Shown in pieces: positions 11,064 through 24,039 of a stretch of DNA of 64,000 nucleotides (position 1 is the first letter of the stretch; every line of letters begins with the position of its first letter). Under the pieces are notes generated by a model. The model was not told the DNA's origin. It did not search any database and saw only the letters and a list, made by a program, of their open reading frames with translations. The stretch covers positions 207,142,001 to 207,206,000 of the forward strand of contig NC_042998.1 in the NCBI RefSeq assembly GCF_006345805.1, in the 5' to 3' direction. This stretch comes from Octopus sinensis (Eukaryota). A program made the position numbers and the translations under genes.

Positions 11064-11107
11064 AATAACAAAATAATAAATAAAACAGTTAAAGACAGGA
11101 CAAGGAG

Positions 11108-11949
11108 AATATATATATATATATATATTTATACAGTGAGAGCAGAAATGAAGAAGAAGAAAACAGAAGAATGAAAAGAAGAATGAGAATTATTGTGATT
11201 CTTTGTACTCACTTGTGCAAAATAACATTTAAGTGTTTTGCCTCCGAGTTCTGTTTCGTGTAAATGTATTCTGGCTGTGGCGGCAACCAGTGAAGAACTA
11301 AATACAACACGGGCTCGTCGAAAACATTTCAAATAGTGAACATCCACAGAATCATCAAAGGCTTTGAAGAGATTCTCAAATTCTTCCTGGAATCAAATCG
11401 AAAAATGATTACATCACTGACATTATGGAAAATGAAAACAGAATGCTCAAACACATGTATGTATATACAAATTGAGATAGGGGTTGTAAATGTAACCCTC
11501 CATGGGATAACAAATATCCAATATACTGCTAGTGAAGCACCCAACAAAGTTAATACATAAATGTTAAGAATTGCGATGCAATTAATTCATCTACTGTATT
11601 ATATGGGTAAAGGTAAAATGCTTTACCACAAATTCATAATACATTTATAACTACATATTGACCTACCGTAAATGGCTAATATAAGTAAAATGAGACATAC
11701 TTATCTGCATGGCCGAAACAGCTGTAAGATGTAGTCTATATTTATATTTATATTTACTTATATTTATATTCTCTTATACATATTGTACAACATTAATCCT
11801 TTATGCACACTCGTTTATGTACACTGTTTTGTTCTACATTATTATGTTTGACCTTAAAGTTTCTTATGTGGTGGTTTAATAAAGTATGTGATTGGGTATT
11901 ATCTGGTAATTGATATTTGATTTGGATGTATTTCTCCATTTTCTTATTT

Positions 11950-11987
<38 letters not shown>

Positions 11988-12800
11988 CAGTGAGAGCAGA
12001 AATGAAGAAGAAGAAAACAGAAGAATGAAAAGAAGAATGAGAATTATTGTGATTCTTTGTACTCACTTGTGCAAAATAACATTTAAGTGTTTTGCCTCCG
12101 AGTTCTGTTTCGTGTAAATGTATTCTGGCTGTGGCGGCAACCAGTGAAGAACTAAATACAACACGGGCTCGTCGAAAACATTTCAAATAGTGAACATCCA
12201 CAGAATCATCAAAGGCTTTGAAGAGATTCTCAAATTCTTCCTGGAATCAAATCGAAAAATGATACATCACTGACATTATGGAAAATGAAAACAGAATGCT
12301 CAAACACATGTATGTATATACAAATTGAGATAGGGGTTGTAAATGTAACCCTCCATGGGATAACAAATATCCAATATACTGCTAGTGAAGCACCCAACAA
12401 AGTTAATACATAAATGTTAGAATTGCGATGCAATTAATTCATCTACTGTATTATATGGGTAAAGGTAAAATGCTTTACCACAAATTCATAATACATTTAT
12501 AACTACATATTGACCTACCGTAAATGGCTAATATAAGTAAAATGAGACATACTTATCTGCATGGCCGAAACAGCTGTAAGATGTAGTCTATATTATATTT
12601 ATATTTACTTATATTTATATTCTCTTATACATATTGTACAACATTAATCCTTTATGCACACTCGTTTATGTACACTGTTTTGTTCTACATTATTATGTTT
12701 GACCTTAAAGTTTCTTATGTGGTGGTTTAATAAAGTATGTGATTGGGTATTATCTGGTAATTGATATTTGATTTGGATGTATTTCTCCATTTTCTTATTT

Positions 12801-12836
<36 letters not shown>
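11108..12836 (+). mobile_element. Two tandem 854-bp copies of a degenerate Penelope-like 3' end (GIY-YIG remnant + hammerhead remnant)
   Basis: Offset 854 bp, with TA tracts at all three boundaries. Decayed translation YSGCGGN...LWKMKTE resembles the PLE GIY-YIG endonuclease. ATGGCC GAAAC AGCT GTA AGAT at 11709-11730 and about 12561-12582. Confidence 0.6.
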
Positions 12837-12840
<4 letters not shown>

Positions 12841-13207
12841 TTTCACTTGTTTCAGTCATTAGACTGTGGCCATGCTGGGATACCATTTTGAGGAACTTTT
12901 AGTCAAAAGAATTGACCCCAGGACTTATTTTTCTAAAGCCTGGTGTTTATTCTGTTAGACTCTTTTGCTGAACTGCTAAGTTACAGGAATTAAACACACC
13001 AACACCAGTTGTCAAGCGTTGGTGGGGGACAAACACACACACACACTGGTATATACGATGGGCTTCTTTCAGTTTCCATTGACCAAATCCACTCACACGG
13101 TTTTGGTCAGCTGAAAGCTATAGAAGACACTCGGCCAAAGGTGTCACACAGTGGGACTGAACATAGAACCATGTGGTTGGTGAGCAAACTTCTTACCACA
13201 CAGCCAT
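12835..13207 (-). mobile_element. SINE family A
   Basis: Tail and head homology to 5940-6348. Confidence 0.88.
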
Positions 13208-13429
13208 TCTTGTATTATCCTCCTCATCCTCCTCTGCCTCATCATCATTTCTATGTCTGTTTGCCATGCTTGCATGGGTTAGGAGAGTCCACTTCAAAAC
13301 AAAATCATGCCACTAGTTGTCTTCTTTTCTCATCCTGCACATCTAATTCAAGTTTGTCCTCGAGCCTCTGTCATGAATTTCCCATTGCTTCACAGACTGG
13401 ATACCATTCCTAACATTGACCATTTTATA

Positions 13430-13660
13430 TCTGTTTCTTTATTGCTTAAAGGGGCTAAACATAGAGGGGACAAACAAGGACAGACAAACGGATTAAGTCA
13501 ATTACATCGACCCCAGTGCGTAACTGGTACTTAATTTATCGACCCCGAAAGGATGAAAGGCAAAGTCGACCTCGGCGGAATTTGAACTTATAACGCAACG
13601 ACAGACGCAATACCGCTAAGTATTTTGCCCGGTGTGCTAACGTTTCTGCCAGCTCGGACA
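13430..13660 (-). mobile_element. SINE family M, full length
   Basis: From tttctttattgc...ggggctaaaca to ctaacgtttctgccagctcg. Confidence 0.9.
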
Positions 13661-13842
13661 GCATACATTTCATTTTGCCACCAGTGCTAAAATATCCCTC
13701 CTCTCCCCACCACACTTTCACTCTTTCTTCAGAGGTGGTTGCAATCTTAGGCAGGTTGCTTCCATTATGGTTTACAGAGTTCAAGAGACATCGTTAATTT
13801 TGCTAATTAATGTAATAATATTGTTGTATTTTGAAATGTTCA

Positions 13843-14107
13843 TTTTTTTTTCTTTTTGCCAAATAAACACATGCACTGTTTATTTGTTCTTCGTACATTT
13901 ACTACTGCTCTTATTCTAACTCATGTGAATTGTCCGGAAATCTTTCGCAACACATCTGTGACCTCTTCAGTGACACTTTCTGTCTTCATGTGTGCTCTTG
14001 CTCTGCTTATGCCATTCTCAATGGACATGAGTCAGAATAAGAACAGTACTAAATAAGTGAAGAGCGAATATATAGTGTGTGTGTTTATTTGGCAAAAAAA
14101 AAAAAAA
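13843..14107. mobile_element. Foldback/MITE-like element with ~84-bp terminal inverted repeats
   Basis: 13843-13926 is the reverse complement of 14025-14107 at roughly 80% identity. Confidence 0.7.
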
Positions 14108-14115
14108 TAAATAAC

Positions 14116-14530
14116 TAGGTGTAGGAGTGGCTGTGTGGTAAGTAGCTTGCTTACCAACCACATAGTTCCAGGTTCAGTCCCACTGTGTGGCACTTTGGGT
14201 AAGTGTCTTCTACTATAGCTTTGGGCTGACCAAAGCCTTATGAGTGGATTTGGTAGATGGAAACTGAAAGAGGCCCATCATATATATGTGTGTATATATA
14301 TATATGTGTGTGCATGTGTGTGTGTGTGTGCGTGTCTGTGTTTGATCTTCCACCATTGCTTGACAACTGATGTTGGTGTGTTTACGTCCCCTTAACTTAG
14401 TAGTTTGGCAAAAGAGACTGATAGAATAAGTCCTAGGCTTACAAGAGAATAAGTCCTGGTGTTGATTTGCATGACTAAAGGTGGTGCTGCAGCATAACCA
14501 CAGTCAAATGACTGAAAGAAATAAAAGAAT
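14116..14530 (+). mobile_element. SINE family A, full length
   Basis: ggtgtaggagtggctgtgtggtaagtagcttgc...gtcaaatgactgaaag. Confidence 0.9.
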
Positions 14531-14589
14531 GAAAAGAAAATCCTGAAATACAACAAAATCTGTTTCAACACAGGGTTTCACATCAAGAA

Positions 14590-15485
14590 TCCTGCAACCC
14601 AAATTCATAAACACTCAAATGGAAATTGTAATTGTGGCCGATGCCAGTGCTGCCCGACTGGCTCTCATGCTGGTGGCACGCAATAAGCACTATTCATGTG
14701 TGGGTCATTGACATTACCACCTGACTGGCCCCCCCCATGTGCCAGTGGCATGTAAAAAGCACCATCCGAACCTGGTTGATGCCAGCCCCCTGCTCTGACT
14801 GGCTACTGTGCAAGTAGCATGTAAAAAGCACCATCTGAACATGGCCAATGCCAGCACTGACAGACTGGCCCCTGTGCCGGTGGTATGTAAAAAGCATCCA
14901 CTACACTCTCAGAGTGGTTGGCGTTAAGAAGGGCATCCAGCTGTAGAAACCTTACCAGATCGGATTGGAGCCTGGTGTGGCTCCTGGCTTGCGAGTCCTC
15001 AGTCAAACCGTCCAACCCATGCCAGCATGGAAAGCAGACATTAAACGATGATGATGATGATGATGATGAATATAATAATCCCTTTTACAATAGGAACAAG
15101 GCCTGGAATTTTGGGGAAGGGGACCCCAGGATTTGACTGGTACTTGTTTTATCAACTTTGAAAAGATGAAAGATAGATTTGAACTAAGAAGAAGATAAAG
15201 ATGGATGAAAGGTGGCTAAGCAATTTTTTCTACTGCCGCTTTGACTGGCTCCCTTGCCAGTGCCACATAAAAAGCACCATCTGATCGTGGTTAATGCCAA
15301 CGCTGACAGACTGGCCCCTGTGCCAGTGGCACATAAAAAGCACCCACTACACTCACGGAGTGGTTGGCGTTAGGAAGGGCATCTGGCTGTAGAAACATTG
15401 CCAGATCAGATTGGAGCCTGGCATAGCCTTCTGGCTTCCCAGACCCCAGTCGAACTGTGCAACCCATGGAAAGCAGATGTTAAAC

Positions 15486-15525
<40 letters not shown>
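14590..15525 (+). mobile_element. Two RTE 3' UTR copies (14590-15070, 15230-15525) separated by a SINE-M fragment
   Basis: Each ends ttaaacgatgatgat. Confidence 0.88.
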
Positions 15526-16272
15526 CTAATGGTTCTGCCTTCTAATCAATGTAATAATGATTTCTTATAGGCACAAATGTGGACATGTGGTTTAGAAGTT
15601 TCCTTTCCAATCACATGATCTCGGATTCAGGCCCATTGCACAGCACCTTGGGCAAGTCTCTTCTACTAAAAGCCCTGGATCAACCAAAGCCTTTTGAATG
15701 AATTTGGTAGACATTCAAGCATAAACAAAAGTGAAGTGGTGCCAACCAGGAATGGAAACCCTGTCTCTGAGTTGTGCCTGGCATGATGCTGTTCATCTTG
15801 ATTCCTTCCTCAAACACTGAACTGAAAGCTGGAGTCATCCAATATTTTTCTTTCAAACAGGCAACGCATCTCAAGCACTTTGAGTGACTTGCTTTCACTC
15901 TTTTAGTTGTTTCAGTCATTTGACTGCGGCCATGCTGGAGCACCGCCTTTAGTCGAGCAAATCGACCCCACGACTTATTCTTTGTAAGCCTAGTACGTAT
16001 TCTGTCAGTCTCTTTTGCCGAACTGCTTAGTTACGGGGACGTAAACACACCAGCATCAGTTGTCAAGCGATGTTGGGGGGACAAACATGCACACAAACAC
16101 ACAGGATAAATATATGTAACACACACACACACACACAGGATAAATATATGTAACACACACACACACACACACAGAGGATAAATATATGTAACACACACAA
16201 CACACACACACAGGATAAATATATGTAACACACACACACATAACAGGTCCTTTGAAACACAACTATAAAGAC

Positions 16273-16580
16273 AAGGTGCAATGGTTTATTGGTTAGGGTA
16301 CTCAATACCCTGGTGGAGCACTATGTCCTTGAGCAAGGCACTTTATTTCACTTTATTGCTCCAGTCCACTCAACTGGCAAAAATGAGTAGTACCCGTAAT
16401 TCCAGAGGGGCCAGCCATGCCACATTCAGTGTCATGCCGATTCTCCCCGAGAATTTCATTAAGGGTGTGCGTGTGACTGTGGAGTACTCAGCCACTTCCG
16501 TGTTAATTTACTGAGCAGAATGTCCTGTTTATTGGATCAACTGGAACATGCGTTCTTGTAACCGGTGGAGTTTCCAGTGA
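16273..16580 (+). mobile_element. tRNA-derived SINE family B
   Basis: gtccttgagcaaggcactttatttca...ctccagtccactcaactggc central domain, shared with 55987-56300 and 33101-33438. Confidence 0.75.
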
Positions 16581-16589
16581 GCAAGGACA

Positions 16590-17240
16590 ATGACCACAAC
16601 CATAATGGCAATGGGTGGTGGTGGTGGTGGAGGAGGAGGTGTTGGTGGTGGTGGTGGTGTTATTATTTTCCGATGTCTTCTTCCTTCACATCATCATCAT
16701 CATCATCATGATCGTCTCTGTAATCAGTGTAAATCAATCATGCCAATAACTTTGCCATTACCACCCACCACCACCCCCGCTGCTTCCTCCATCAAACCAT
16801 TACCACTTCTACCATCAGCATTCCTACATTAGCACCATACTCACCATCAAACAGTACTACAGTCACCATTACCACCACCACCACCATCATCATAACTACC
16901 ATCACCACCACCATTACCACCACAACTATTACCATCACCACCATTACTACCACCACCACCACCACCACCATCATTATCATAACCATCAATGCCATCACCA
17001 CCACCATTACCACCACCACCACCATCATCATCATAACCACCACCACCATCATCATTATCATAACCACAACTATTACCATCACCACCATTACCACCACCAT
17101 CATCATGACAACTACCACCATCATCATTATCATAACCACCAATACCACCACTACCACCATTACCACCACCACCATCATCATCCTTATGATGACCACCATA
17201 CCACCACCCCCATCACCATCATCATCTTCGTTATCGTTAT
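16590..17240. repeat. (GGT)n / (CAC/CAT)n trinucleotide tracts
   Basis: Seen directly. Confidence 0.95.
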
Positions 17241-19092
17241 GGTCATTGTCATTATTATCATGTTTCAAATGACATGTTTCGAAATTACATATATTTACTT
17301 ACTCCTTGTGTCTGTGTGTGTGTGTCTGTGTGTGTGTGTGTTACACTTTCTAACTGTTTACAAGTTCCTTCCGGCACTTCCAAATATTTCTGTTATTTTC
17401 AACATAAAACATTCTTTTTCCTTTAAAAATCTATTTTCAACACATTTATTTATTTATTCATTTAATTTTTGCTTAAGTTTTCTTTCCATTGACACTGTCA
17501 TTTACCATCCCCACCACCACTACCACTACCACAATTATCACCATGAACACCACCACCACAACAACAACAAAATCTTCCAATATGCAGCGCTAAAAAAATT
17601 ATAAAAAGAAAAAGACCCCCTCCCCTTTCCCATTTCTTTTAAGATAGTTTTTGGTATTGCAAAGGTGTATTTTCCAGATAATAGTTACATTATAAGACAA
17701 CAAAGCCTTATTGATAGCGAAACTCAGAGTATGTAGGGAGGTGAGGTGTGTTGGAGTGGGGGAGAGAATTGTTCATTATGTAAACTGACAGAAACATTTG
17801 AACATAATGTTTGTGTGTGAAACCAGAGGTCAGAGGTGAAGAGCGGAGAAAAAATCTGGGGTAGAAAAAGCATAGCTGTCACCCTAGTTTCGATTATATT
17901 TCCTCTTCTTGTTTCTCCCTGATACCTAAAACGTTTGTCAATGGTGGTGCTTGTGTCGCATCTATTCATTTATGATTGACTTGTTCATGTTGTCAGCAGG
18001 AGAGAGTGAACATTCTTTTTGTATTGCCTCAATGTATTGTTTCTCAGACGAACACATCATGTTTGTTTTTGTTCCTTTGTAAAAGGAAAAGAATAAAAAA
18101 TTATCAATTCTCAACTGCGGAATTTTGAATGATTGATGGAGGAAGGTGATAATGTTGTAAAAATAGCAAAGCACCAAATTTCCTAATAGTTACTGAATTT
18201 AGTCCCTCTATGTTCTCAGTTCAAATCCTGGCATTATTTCAGGCCCACTAAAGCTATCTGTCTGTCTGTTTGGTTTTGTAAATGGTAGAAAAAGTACTCA
18301 GTGCAAAAAGCAGTGGGTGTGTGTGTAGAAGGGATGTAGTAAAAGAAAGAGGTACAGGTAGATTTAACATAAGAGATGCACACACACACACACATATATT
18401 TGATGAGCATCTTACAGTTTCTGGCTATGAAATTCGCTCAAAAGGCTTTGGTTGACCCAAGTCTGTAGTAGAAAATACTTAGCGAAGGTGTCACACAGTG
18501 GGACTGAACCCAGAACCATGTGGTTGGGAACCAAATTTGTTACTACATACCCATGCCTCCTTGTTGAATGTAAACAACAGGTCACTCACTCTGTGTTGTT
18601 TTTTTTTAAAATCCTGTGGCACAAAACCAGGAACACAACTCAATTGTAAAAGTAAGGTTTGTGACAAGAAAAACAAATGGCCATAAAAATCTTGCCTCAG
18701 AACCAATTCCTTCACAAACCATTCTAATGGATGTTAAACAAACATAAGGAACAAACAAATGAAGTCATTGCTTTTGGCTGGAATATGGCAGTGTTTACTG
18801 AAATTCCACATTGCTTAAAGTTCTGATAAACGTACAAAACATGTGGCTGTTACCCGAATGTATCTGATTGCTTCATTTAGCATCGAGGATTGTCTTTGCG
18901 CTTCAGGAAACAAGTTAAGCATCTATTATTCCTTCTGGTCTGTCTGTGTACACCCTCACGCACACATGCACAGCTTTATCTATGTATCTATACATGTATG
19001 TATGTATATGTGTGTGTGTATATATATTTATATATATATATATATATACATGTATACATACATATATGTATTGTATGTATGTATTGTATATA

Positions 19093-19131
<39 letters not shown>

Positions 19132-19183
19132 TATATATACATGTATACATACATGTATGTATTGTATGTATGTATTGTATATA

Positions 19184-19215
<32 letters not shown>

Positions 19216-19402
19216 CATATCACTTTATTTCTTCAATTTCCACTTTCCACTTATATTATGATGGCATAATGCTATGATTATCTTCCGTTTCCATAGCAAT
19301 TAAGCAGATGAGCTAAATACCCACCTCACCACTGAAGTTAAATAGCCAGACTGACCCAGGGGCCATCCTTCTCACACATTAAACATGACCCACACACACA
19401 CA

Positions 19403-19444
<42 letters not shown>

Positions 19445-20089
19445 CACTAAGCTTCAAGTGCCTCCATCTCAAAGCTGTTGCTAAAGTTCTCCATATTTCA
19501 TTCATAACAAAACTAGAGATGATAAAGATGCAGGCAAGTTTGTGTGGTTGAGGAAGCCGTTTCACTTGCATAGCTGTATGGTAAGTTTCCTTCCCAACCA
19601 CGTGGTTCCAGGTTCAGTCCCACTGCACGGCAACTTGTGCAAGTGTCTTCTACTTTTAGCCTTGATACAACCAAAAATTTCTGAGTGGATTTGGTGGAAG
19701 GAAACTGAAAGAAACCCATCATACACACACACACACACAAGCAGTAGCCTGGTGTGTAGTCTTCTATCTGGCCAGCTCCTGTCAAACTGTCCAACCAATG
19801 CCAGCATGGAAGACGGACATTAAATGATGATTATGATGATGATGATACAGGTTTGGTGATGCTAAGAGGAAAAATAAAATTCAAAATATGAGTCTATGTA
19901 TATTTGTATTAATATTTAGCAGAAGCAACAGAATGACCCCATGGTCCAAGAGTACGCAGGGACGGGGTTGCAAAAATAGGGATACAGTTATACAAAAATA
20001 AAACCCAAACAATACTCATATATTTTTATCAAAAAAATTAAAAGTTAACCTCATTTTTGATATTTTCAGCATCATTAATCATAAGACAT

Positions 20090-20585
20090 TTATCATAACT
20101 ATATCACCAGCTTCACAAAGCAGTCCCAGCCCATTCAAAGTACCTTGGATCACAACGGCCTGCTGTGCTTGCCTTGGAGTGTAGGGTGACCTGCTGTGCT
20201 TGAGGAGACCTATTGAGTCAAGTACATCAACATCAAAATGAAAATCTAATGGAAATTGTAGTTGTGATACCTGTGCAGGTGGCAAGTAAAAAGCACCATT
20301 TGAACATGGCTGATGCCAGCGCTGCCTTGACTGACTTCCGTGCTGGTGGCACATAAAAAGCACCATCCGATCATTGCCAGCCTCCCCTGGGACCTGTGCC
20401 GTGTGGCACGTAAAAAGCACCCACTACACTCACAGAGTGGTTGGCGTTAGGAAGGGCATCCAGCTGTAGAAACACTGCCAGATCAGACTGGAGCTTGGTG
20501 CAACCTCTTGGCTTCCCAGACCACGGTCGAACCGTCCAACCCATGCTAGCATGGAAAACGGACGTTAAACAATGATGATGATAAT
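20090..20585 (+). mobile_element. RTE 3' UTR copy
   Basis: Family motifs and (GAT)n tail. Confidence 0.88.
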
Positions 20586-20675
20586 AATTTTATCGTAACT
20601 TAGTTTTGTACTTGTTGTTTTCTTTGATAACTGTATACCTACTTTTGCACCCCCCCCCCCCCCCCCGCAGTATAC

Positions 20676-21082
20676 TCTCTTACTCTTTACTCTTTTACTT
20701 GTTCCAGTCATTTGACTGCGGCCATGCTGGAGCACCGCCTTTCGTCGAGCAAATCGACCCCGGGACTTATTCTTTGTAAGCCCAGTACTTATTACATCGG
20801 TCTCTTTTGCCGAACCGCTAAGTGACGGGGACGTAAACACACCAGCATCGGTTGTCAAGCAATGCTAGGGGGACAAACACAGACACACAAACATACACAC
20901 ACATACATATATATATACATATATACGACGGGCTTCTTTCAGTTTCCGTCTACCAAATCCACTCACAAGGCATTGGTTGGCCCGGGGCTATAGCAGAAGA
21001 CACTTACCCAAGATGCCACGCAGTGGGACTGAACCCGGAACCATGTGGTTGGTTAGCAAGCTACTTACCACACAGCCACTCC
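20676..21082 (-). mobile_element. SINE family A, full length
   Basis: Near-consensus copy. Confidence 0.92.
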
Positions 21083-21149
21083 TATTGTCAAGAATATATT
21101 TCAGTGTTTCCTTTTCTTTGTAATGGAAGGCTACATATCTCTATAAGTA

Positions 21150-21350
21150 GTGAATACAAGTCAAATAAAGTGACCTCTACATGGTGGAATACCTGCTAGA
21201 AACAGTTGCCAAGTCTCCCTCATATCGCACCCCACAGTTTCAAAGTCGACAAAAGGTGGGATGGTCGTGGCTGGAACATCTTTTGTAAGTCATCTGGCTG
21301 TTCGGTCAATGTTTACTAAGCTGGGCTAAGCAACAACATCAACAACACCT
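21150..21350 (+). mobile_element. SINE/LINE-tail family C fragment
   Basis: cctgctagaaacag...gggatggtcgtggctggaa...gggctaagcaacaac; related pieces at 43270-43475, 43850-44000 and 50820-50880. Confidence 0.6.
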
Positions 21351-21456
21351 TTGAGCATGTGCTTGCTGATACATTACTGGCCCGGGATTAAACAACATTG
21401 ATATGTATGCTGACCGACCAAAGTACAGGCGAGTGAGTGCGTGTGTGTGTGTGTGT

Positions 21457-21492
<36 letters not shown>

Positions 21493-21627
21493 TGCGTGTG
21501 TGTGTGTGTAGACGGCATGAGATAAAGTAAACAACTAATATCTATAAAGCAGGGATTAACAGTACTTGATGTTCAAATATTGGATTAAAATGCTGGCATT
21601 TGGAAGTCAATGAGATTTCCTCTACAT

Positions 21628-21880
21628 AGGCGCAGGAGTGGCTGTGTGGTAAGTAGCTTGCTTACCAGCCACATCGTTCCGGGTTCAGTCCCACTGCGTG
21701 GCACCTCGGGCAAGTGTCTTCTACTATAGCCTTGGGCTGACCAAGGCCTTGTGAGTGGATTTGGTAGACGGAAACTGAAAGAAGTCTGTTGTATATATGT
21801 ATATATATGTGTGTGTGTGTGTGTGTGTTTGTGTGTCTGTTTGTCCCCGCAACACCGCTTGACAACTGATGCTGGTGTGT
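21628..21880 (+). mobile_element. SINE family A (head and partial tail)
   Basis: ggcgcaggagtggctgtgtggtaagtagcttgc. Confidence 0.9.
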
Positions 21881-22099
21881 GTGTGTGTTGTTACATATAT
21901 TTATCCTGTGTATGTGTGTGTGTGTTTGTGTGTGTTTTACATATATTTATCCCGTGTGTGTATGTGTGTGTGTTTGTTACATATATTTATCGTGTGTGTG
22001 TGTGTGTGTTTATCCCGTATGTGTGTGTGTTACTTATATTTATCCTGTGTGTGTGTGTGTTATCTAGGTACCCCTCACATATGTCATCACCATTTAACA

Positions 22100-22261
22100 T
22101 CTGTGGGTCAGCTACTGGATTACGTCGAACACCAGTTTCTGGCCCACAGATGTGCCGTGTCTCCTCTTTCTGCTTTTCCCACTGCTACTATCAATGGTCT
22201 CTGCTCTTGCAGCTTCAAGCCACATCTTCAAGCCACATCTAGTCCAGCATACCTGACTCCC

Positions 22262-22299
<38 letters not shown>

Positions 22300-22445
22300 C
22301 CTTATTGTTTTCAGCCCTTCATACTCCACACAAATCACTAACCAAAGTCCTTCATCCCCAGAACTTCATCTCTGGAACTCACCCCCTTGCTCTTCTTTAC
22401 TGCAGGGTTATGGATGCTGTCCTGCTCTCCACTGACTAAGAAATA
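22100..22445 (+). mobile_element. Highly decayed CR1/Jockey-like LINE ORF2 3' remnant
   Basis: Frameshifted LAHRCAVS..YYNGLCS..KSFIPRTSxLWNSP resembles the HRRxVxxLxxFYRYYxGxCS...SFxPRTxxLWNxLP C-terminal motif. Confidence 0.55.
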
Positions 22446-22562
22446 AATATGGAGCAAAAAAATTGCCAGAACATGAAAGATTGAGTTGAAGTTACGTGGA
22501 GTTAGAGAGAACCCCTGGTCAAAGTGGGGTGGAGGGACAGACAGGATAGATAGAGCCCTGGA

Positions 22563-23312
22563 AGGGTGGCGAGCTGGCAGAAACGTTAGCATGCTGGGTG
22601 AAATGCTTTGTGGTATTTCGTCTGCCATTACGTTCTGAGTTCAAATTCCACCGAGGTCGACTTTGCCATTCATCCTTTCGGGGTCGATTAAATAAGTACC
22701 AGTTACGCACTTGGGTTGATATAATCGACTTAATACGTTTGACTGTCCTTGTTTGTCCCCTCTATGTTTAGCCCCTTGTGGGTAGAAATGAAATAGGTAT
22801 TTCGCCTGTCTTTGTGTTCTGAGTTCAAATTCCGCCGAGGTCGACTTTGCCTTTCATCCTTTCGGGGTCGATTAAATAAGTACCAGTTATGCACTGGGGT
22901 CGATATAATCGACTTAATCCCTTTGCCCTTGTTTGTCCCCTCTATGTTTAGCTCCTTGTGGGTAGTAAAGAAATAGGTATTTCTTTACTGCCGTTACGTT
23001 CTGAGTTCAAATTCCGCTATGGTCGACTTTGCCTTTCATCCTTTCGGGGTCGATTAAATAAGTACCTGTTACACACTGGGGTCGATATAATCGACTTAAT
23101 CCCTTTGCCCTTGTTTGTCCCCTCTATGTTTAGCTCCTTGTGGGTAGTAAAGAAATAGGTATTTCTTTACTGCCGTTACGTTCTGAGTTCAAATTCCGCT
23201 ATGGTCGACTTTGCCTTTCATCCTTTCAGGGTCGATACAATCGACTTTTTACGTTTGTCTGTCCTTGTTTGTCCCCTCAGTGTGTAGCCCCTTGTGGGCA
23301 GTAAAGAAATAA
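22563..23312 (+). mobile_element. SINE-M head-to-tail tetramer (182-184-bp units)
   Basis: gttctgagttcaaattcc recurs at about 22631, 22815, 22997 and 23179. Confidence 0.92.
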
Positions 23313-24039
23313 GATAGAGCCCTGGAGACAGGGTGGAACAGAATGCAGGGCAAGGAACTGAAGTATAACCAACAGAAATAACTATAAACAGACAGAACCC
23401 CATGGTAGGGTTCCAGACAGAACCCTTTGGCTCAGGGTGGGAGAAGAGGGGAGGGTGGAGGATGGAGATGTAACAATTAAGGTAACTATAAATAGAGAGG
23501 AGGCCTTGGCAAAGCAGGAACGGGTGAGGCATAACCAATAGGAAGACAACAGCAACAGTATTGAGAACAAAATGAGAAAGGGAAGAAAGGAAAGCAGGAA
23601 GGAATCAAAGCAGGAATTGTTGTCCGTCAGGGTTGGCCTATTTGGAAAGCTTCCAATGTTATTTGCTGCCAGTGTTTTTGTATTTTTCGGAGAGAGAAGA
23701 ACAATGAAATGAGTAAACATCTTGTCAGACCAGTTTAAGACAGAAACTAACAAGGAATGATGTAATGCGTTTGGGTGCACAAGCACCGACCTGGCCCGAG
23801 TTCTGGTTTGCATTAATTTATCATTGTGCCTGAGGAGGTTAAGTGGGGAAGCATCAGCCCATAGCCTAAAGCAGGATGGCATTCTTCAGGATAACAAAAA
23901 AAAAAAGGATGTTCATTTTCCATGCTGGCATGGGTTGGACAGTTTGACAAGGAGGTGGCAAGGTTGGAGAGCTGTACTAGGACCCAGTTGTCTGTTTGGG
24001 CACAGTTTCTATGGCTGGATAATTGTTTCTAATCTAGGC

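Noticed and set aside
11129-11900. Terminal exon plus 3' UTR with AATAAA of a host gene
   Set aside because: Better explained as a decayed Penelope-like 3' end (GIY-YIG-like remnant, hammerhead half, AT-rich tail).
23382-23882. 166-aa minus-strand ORF in unique sequence
   Set aside because: Low-complexity antisense of a purine-rich tract; no recognisable motif or splice context.
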